DNA from: Patescibacteria group bacterium
Lineage (GTDB): Bacteria > Patescibacteriota > Minisyncoccia > Phycocordibacterales > Phycocordibacteraceae
Direction of reading: 5' to 3'
Length of the DNA stretch: 64,000 nt
NCBI GenBank assembly: GCA_038064595.1
Contig: JBBTSV010000005.1
Location: 612-64,611, forward strand
This document shows positions 59,184 through 64,000 of this stretch, piece by piece. Each line of letters begins with the position of its first letter. Position 1 is the stretch's first letter. Position numbers and translations under genes: made by a program. The notes under the pieces are model-generated. The model saw nothing but the letters and a program-made list of their open reading frames with translations. It ran no database searches and was not told the DNA's origin.

Positions 59184-60284
59184 TTAAGGGGTAACGGCGG
59201 ATGCCATCGTCGTGAAGGAGACGATCGCACCGCGTACGGTAGTGCTCCCATTATTGACGATTAGTTGATAGTAATACTTGGTGCGCTGCGTGAGCGTGGT
59301 GAGCTTTGCCGAGACCTTTTTCACTCCTGATCCGCTCAGTGTGGTGTGTGTGGTACTGCCCAGAATGCTCCCCCCGAGCGGGTCGGCCCCATACTGAAAC
59401 CAGTACGTCACCGTCCCTCCGTTGGGATTGAGGGAGCCGTTGAGGAGTACTCCCGTGTCAGTCACGGTGGTCGCGGCGGCGGTCGTAACGCTGAGAATGG
59501 CAGGTGGTGGTGTGGTGCCGATTGGACCGCTGGTCGTGAAGCGATTGGTGCCGCCCGTCATCGTGCCAAACTGATTTTGTGCGTTCACCCGGAAGTAGTG
59601 TGCCGTCATTGGCTTGAGGCCACTCAGCATGACCGAGACGGACTTCGCGCCAGATCCATTCCCTGCAGACTGTAGTACCGTCGTTTCTCCAAGCTCGGCC
59701 GTCTCTCCGTACTCAAACCAGTACGTCGTCTCATGGCTGTTGGGGTTTACTTGCCCACTTGCAACCGCCGTAGTGCGAGTCACCGCCGTTGCAGCATCGG
59801 TCCGTATCGTGGGGCCGAGTCCTGTGATGGGCGGGTTCTGGTTGGTCATAAAACTATAGGTCACGCCGCGAACGGTCCCGTATCCGTTTTGTGCACTCAG
59901 ACGATAGAAATAGGTCGTATTTGCCGCAAGTCCTGTTATGATTCCCGGTGTTGCAATACTGGCATACCCAGAACCGACGCTCTGTTCGGTGGTGAGTGCC
60001 CCAAGACTCTCGGTGCGACCATAGTCATACCAATACGAGGTGAATGCGCCATTTGGGATTACGGTCCCGGTAACCACAGCAGTCGCATTTGACGCGACAA
60101 CCAGCGTACCCGTGGTACCGAAGGGCGCGACTGGTGTGCGAACAACCGACGGCGTGACCACCGGTGGGGTTGTGGTAGCCGTGGGCGCGGGCTCCCCACT
60201 TGAAGACCCATACACTAGGTAGCCGATACCGCCAATGATTACAAACGCGCCAATGATGAGTCCCGCAAGAGTATAGTTGTTCAT
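59184..60284 (-). CDS. membrane-anchored protein with three FN3-like repeats
   Basis: Three repeats of A..G.V.PNG..T.YW.EYG..L...T.Y.YR..A.N..G. Confidence 0.85.
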   Translation of the reverse strand: MNNYTLAGLIIGAFVIIGGIGYLVYGSSSGEPAPTATTTPPVVTPSVVRTPVAPFGTTGTLVVASNATAVVTGTVIPNGAFTSYWYDYGRTESLGALTTEQSVGSGYASIATPGIITGLAANTTYFYRLSAQNGYGTVRGVTYSFMTNQNPPITGLGPTIRTDAATAVTRTTAVASGQVNPNSHETTYWFEYGETAELGETTVLQSAGNGSGAKSVSVMLSGLKPMTAHYFRVNAQNQFGTMTGGTNRFTTSGPIGTTPPPAILSVTTAAATTVTDTGVLLNGSLNPNGGTVTYWFQYGADPLGGSILGSTTHTTLSGSGVKKVSAKLTTLTQRTKYYYQLIVNNGSTTVRGAIVSFTTMASAVTP

Positions 60285-60362
60285 GAAAGAATGAGATTGA
60301 TATAAGGAGTAGGAGCTCCTCTTGCGTGTATAGACGCCGACCCTCTCGTGTTATGACACGCG

Positions 60363-60887
60363 CTAGCGCGGTGAACGTTGGTACAAGACCTTGAGCTTTG
60401 CGATACCCCGATGCAACTGCACGGCAAGAGTATTCTTCGACTGACCAGTGAGAAGCGACATCTCATGGAGTGAGAGATCCTGAATGTAACGCATGTAAAT
60501 CACCTTGCGGTACGGCTCGGGGAGCTGTTTGAGGAGAATAATCGCTGCCTTTCCATCGAGCATGTTCACGAGATGTTCGGTGGGATCCTCCTTAGCGGGC
60601 TCATAACCATTCTCGAGGAGCACGTCAAGCGAGGGGAGCTTCTTCTTACGGTACTCGTCGATGATGATGTTGTTAAGTACATGGTAGAGAAAAGCCCTCA
60701 TCAGCTGGATCTTTCCCTCTTTTATGAGATATTTCCAAGTCTTGAGAAAGCTGTCCTGGACGGCGTCCTCTCCCGCCGCACGATCTTTAAGCTTATAGAA
60801 TGCGTAGGAAGAGAGCCCTTTTGCATAGTCATCGTGAGCAAGGGAGAGGAGCGACCGTCGCAGGAGCTCTTGTTTGGGAGTCATCAT
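60363..60887 (-). CDS. ECF-type RNA polymerase sigma factor
   Basis: EDAVQDSFLKTW, FLYHVLNNIIIDEYRK, region 4 LSLHEMS..LHRG. Confidence 0.92.
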   Translation of the reverse strand: MMTPKQELLRRSLLSLAHDDYAKGLSSYAFYKLKDRAAGEDAVQDSFLKTWKYLIKEGKIQLMRAFLYHVLNNIIIDEYRKKKLPSLDVLLENGYEPAKEDPTEHLVNMLDGKAAIILLKQLPEPYRKVIYMRYIQDLSLHEMSLLTGQSKNTLAVQLHRGIAKLKVLYQRSPR

Positions 60888-61048
60888 AGATGAAGCCGAA
60901 CGAACACCCCGGAAGATTACACGGGCATTACAGAATTCAGGCATCCCCGAGCGCAAAGCTCAAGGATAGGCGATACATTAAATGTACATCAAAACATGGT
61001 GAAAAGCAATCTGTAATGACTTACGCTCTTTTACGGCGTCCCTACTGT

Positions 61049-61606
61049 ATGACTACAAACACACGCACAGAAAATTATATTTTTGATGAGCGGTGGGAGG
61101 AGAGTTGGACCTATATTAAAACAGTCGTTGATGTGGTACACGAACCCGTACTGATTCTCGACAAGGAGCTGCGAGTCTTGGCCGCCAACGACCCCTTTTA
61201 TCGCACATTTCAGGTCGAGAGTAAGGACACAGAACAGAGAGTGATCTATGAACTCGGGAACGGGCAATGGAACATTCCGGCGCTCAAAAAGCTTCTCGAG
61301 GATATCTTACCCAAAAACACCTTCTTTAAGGGCTTCGAGGTCGATTATGACTTCCCGGTCATCGGACGAAAGATCATGATCCTCAACGCACGCGAAATTC
61401 ATTACAAAGGAGATTCGACTGCCACTCCGTTCCCTCCCATCATTCTTCTCGCTATCGAAGACGTCACGGACATGATGATTGTCGCCGAAAAACTCGCCGA
61501 ACACGCTGAGAACACAGAGGCGCGCCTCGCCATGGAGACAAAGAAGCTTGAGAGCAAGATCTCCAAGTTGGAGATAGAAATTGCTAAACTCTCCATCAAA
61601 CGGTAA
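61049..61606 (+). CDS. stand-alone PAS-domain protein
   Basis: EPVLILD.ELRV..AN..FY..F..YELGNGQWNIP.L..LL; coiled-coil tail, no output domain. Confidence 0.85.
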   Translation: MTTNTRTENYIFDERWEESWTYIKTVVDVVHEPVLILDKELRVLAANDPFYRTFQVESKDTEQRVIYELGNGQWNIPALKKLLEDILPKNTFFKGFEVDYDFPVIGRKIMILNAREIHYKGDSTATPFPPIILLAIEDVTDMMIVAEKLAEHAENTEARLAMETKKLESKISKLEIEIAKLSIKR

Positions 61607-61687
61607 TCATTACAGACTTCACGCGGCAGTATCCGTAGAGGTTGAACCCATACTCCAACCCCCTTATCCACCCCCTCACCTTATCTT

Positions 61688-62389
61688 ATGAACACCTCCC
61701 CCCTCGTTCGCAAAAACCTTGCCTTTGTCGGCAGTGTGCTCGCAGTATTTCTTATCTTTACCTTGAGCGTTGGCTCGTTCACCGCACACGCAGCTACGAT
61801 TAGTCGTCAGCTTGACCGCGGTGATACCGGAACCGATGTCTCCGTCCTCCAGTCCTACCTCTCCGGCAACGCAGCCTGGTACCCGGCCGCACTCGTGACC
61901 GGCTACTTTGGTCAACTCACCGAAGGCGGCGTGCAGAAGTTCCAGACTGCTCAAGGCATTGTCTCAAGTGGCTCACCCTCAACAACCGGCTATGGTCGCG
62001 TTGGACCCACGACCCTCAATACCTTGAACATGATGATGAACTCGGGCAACACAGGCAATCAGTCCACGCTCTACACTGCCCCGGTACTCGGCCCCCTGAT
62101 GATCCAAACAAGTCCGACCACCGTAACGTTCACGTGGAGCACGAATGAGCCGACGATTGGTCAAGTGTACTGGAACCTCGGCTCCGTCTACGCCGATGAG
62201 GCTACGGGCCCTCGTCAGACACCGTATGTGAGCGGTACCCTCGCGCTTGATGCGGGTGGTCTCCAGACCACGCACGTAATCACTGTCTCAAATCTTCAGA
62301 TGAACACGGTGTACGGCTACTTCGTACGTAGCATCGATGCCTCTGGCGACGTGAGTGTGATGCTAGAAAATACCTTCCGCACCAACTAA
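61688..62389 (+). CDS. secreted peptidoglycan-binding plus FN3-like protein
   Basis: Signal peptide; GD.GTDV..LQ..L..TGYFG.LT...V..FQ..GRVGP.T. Confidence 0.85.
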   Translation: MNTSPLVRKNLAFVGSVLAVFLIFTLSVGSFTAHAATISRQLDRGDTGTDVSVLQSYLSGNAAWYPAALVTGYFGQLTEGGVQKFQTAQGIVSSGSPSTTGYGRVGPTTLNTLNMMMNSGNTGNQSTLYTAPVLGPLMIQTSPTTVTFTWSTNEPTIGQVYWNLGSVYADEATGPRQTPYVSGTLALDAGGLQTTHVITVSNLQMNTVYGYFVRSIDASGDVSVMLENTFRTN

Positions 62390-62410
62390 CGTCTGGTGCT
62401 CAAGCAAAGC

Positions 62411-62445
62411 AAAAAGAATCGCCCGCTCCGCGGGCGATTCTTTTT
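62411..62445. terminator. bidirectional terminator
   Basis: AAAAAGAATCGCCCGC-TCC-GCGGGCGATTCTTTTT. Confidence 0.85.
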
Positions 62446-62474
62446 ATCACTTGGAGGTGAAACCTCCAAGTTGA

Positions 62475-63833
62475 TTAACGGTCCTGAACAAAGGTGAGAG
62501 CCTTGCCCTTCATCTCTGCGCGGCCGGTGCGGCCAATACGGTGGACGTAATCCTCATAGGTCGAAGGGAGGTCAAAGTTGATCACGTGTGAGACGGCAGG
62601 GATGTCGAGGCCGCGCGCCGCGACGTCGGTCGCCACAAGCGCGGTCACCCGGCCAGCTTTGAACGCTTCGAGAGCGCGGATGCGCGCACCAAACGTCTTG
62701 TTGCCGTGAATACTCTCGGCAAAAATATGCTGGCGGGAGAGCGCCTTGGCGAGTTTCTCGACACCAAACTTGGTGCGTCCAAAGACGAGAACGCGGCTGA
62801 AATCGCGATCTTTAAGGAGCTCGACGAGGACGTCGAACTTGTCCTTCCCGCGCGGGATCCGCACCACGTCTTGGTCAACGTTCCGTGACGTATCCTGCGT
62901 CTTGACCGAGATAATTACCGGCTGACTCAAGAAATCACCAATGAGTCGCTCGATCTCTTTGGACATTGTCGCAGAGAAGAAGAGGGTGTGGCGCTCCTTG
63001 CGCATCCTTGAGAGAATCATCTTCATGTCGTCGATAAAGCCCATATCGAGCATACGGTCAGCTTCGTCGAGGACGACGGTGCCAAAACCGGAGAGATCGA
63101 GCGCCTTGCGCTCCATGAGGTCCTTGAGACGGCCCGGGGTGCCGATCACAAATGCGGGATCGTGTTTCAATTGAGAAATTTGTGGGCCGATGTTGGCACC
63201 ACCGACCGCGACCATACCGCGAAAACCGAGGCCACGGGCGAAGCCCGCGAGCTCCTTCTCGATCTGGACTGCGAGTTCCCGAGTGGGTGCCATGATAAGT
63301 ACGCGCTCCCCTTTTTGCTTCATCACCTTGTCGATAAGGGGGATCAGAAATGCGGCCGTCTTACCGGTGCCCGTCTCCGCGAGGCCAACCACGTCTTGGC
63401 CAAGGAGCGCGTGCGGGATCGCCTTGTCCTGGATGGGAGTCGGCGAGATATACTTGCGCGCCTCAATGTTCTTCTTGAGGTTGAGGTTGATATCAAAGTC
63501 GGAGAACTTATGCTCGGCAACGAAGACGGGTTCAGAGGTGGTCACCACCGTCTTGTGCATAAACTTGGCGATCTCGGCCTCGGTCTCCCCGAACGTACCG
63601 AAGCCCCCACGGCGCGCTGGCGCGCGCCCGTAGGACGGTTTGCCGCCATACCCACCAGACGGATAGCGACTCCCGCCCGAACTTCCGCGCGAGGGGAAGC
63701 GGTTTCCACCACGACTGACTGACTCGTCCCGACGCGGCCCTGCGGGCCGCGGTGAATACGGACGGCTACTGCCGCTTCTGACGGGTCCTGACGAATTGCT
63801 CGATGACTGATGATTCCAACGCCCTACTTGCAT
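62475..63833 (-). CDS. DEAD-box RNA helicase
   Basis: AETGTGKT, PTREL, DEAD, SAT, HRIGRTGR; N-terminal RGG/S-rich extension. Confidence 0.97.
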   Translation of the reverse strand: MQVGRWNHQSSSNSSGPVRSGSSRPYSPRPAGPRRDESVSRGGNRFPSRGSSGGSRYPSGGYGGKPSYGRAPARRGGFGTFGETEAEIAKFMHKTVVTTSEPVFVAEHKFSDFDINLNLKKNIEARKYISPTPIQDKAIPHALLGQDVVGLAETGTGKTAAFLIPLIDKVMKQKGERVLIMAPTRELAVQIEKELAGFARGLGFRGMVAVGGANIGPQISQLKHDPAFVIGTPGRLKDLMERKALDLSGFGTVVLDEADRMLDMGFIDDMKMILSRMRKERHTLFFSATMSKEIERLIGDFLSQPVIISVKTQDTSRNVDQDVVRIPRGKDKFDVLVELLKDRDFSRVLVFGRTKFGVEKLAKALSRQHIFAESIHGNKTFGARIRALEAFKAGRVTALVATDVAARGLDIPAVSHVINFDLPSTYEDYVHRIGRTGRAEMKGKALTFVQDR

Positions 63834-63910
63834 AGTTGTTTGTAAATAGATAAGTAAAAATAGTGTAGACACCCTGTGTCTACGGTAGGCCTGCTCTCTA
63901 TAGAAAAAGA

Positions 63911-64000
63911 TTAAGAAATCGCGTCGATCAGTACCTTCACGACCGGCTGGCGGTGGCCATTACGCTTATAGTAGCGGCTCTTTGGCTTATACTTCACTAC
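63911..64000 (-). CDS. rplU: 50S ribosomal protein L21, C-terminal part (not in ORF track)
   Basis: Manual translation VVKYKPKSRYYKRNGHRQPVVKVLIDAIS followed by stop. Confidence 0.9.
   Translation of the reverse strand, partial: VVKYKPKSRYYKRNGHRQPVVKVLIDAIS

Noticed and set aside
63911-64000. Regulatory leader RNA of the DEAD-box helicase
   Set aside because: It translates as the C-terminus of ribosomal protein L21.

Overview
Chromosomal fragment of a Patescibacteria (CPR) bacterium, most likely Parcubacteria. This is inferred from the truncated L13, ATP synthase delta and epsilon subunits, the stand-alone SWIB protein, the PaaX/Cas2-like regulator and the archaeal-type AspRS. Genetic code 11. 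The backbone is housekeeping: Pro/Ala/Tyr tRNAs, the atpBEFHAGDC operon, ychF, leuS, infA-rpmJ-rpsMKD-rpoA-rplQ-rplM-rpsI, grpE-dnaK-dnaJ, tyrS, trpS, aspS, pepA, scpAB, dac-mraY-ftsW-murG, gltX, rpmA, rplI, ctpA, corA, cysS, dnaB, recR, a DEAD-box helicase and part of rplU. An accessory island at about 31.65-36.52 kb carries an NYN nuclease with a convergent promoter-hairpin unit, an m6A methyltransferase plus a MutH/Sau3AI-like nuclease, and a DUF3800-like protein with its own putative structured RNA, bracketed by a diverged 104-bp duplication of the trpS 5' end. Other notable signals are a ~280-nt structured RNA candidate between trpS and aspS, two related elements anchored at tRNA 3' ends, a free-standing proteobacterial-type RNAP alpha-CTD, an S41 protease with a J-domain-like insert, a FeeM-like synthase, and many small palindromes, several in-frame inside core genes. 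No CRISPR array, rRNA, integrase or transposase was seen. All family calls are by motif recognition only; no searches or folding were run.
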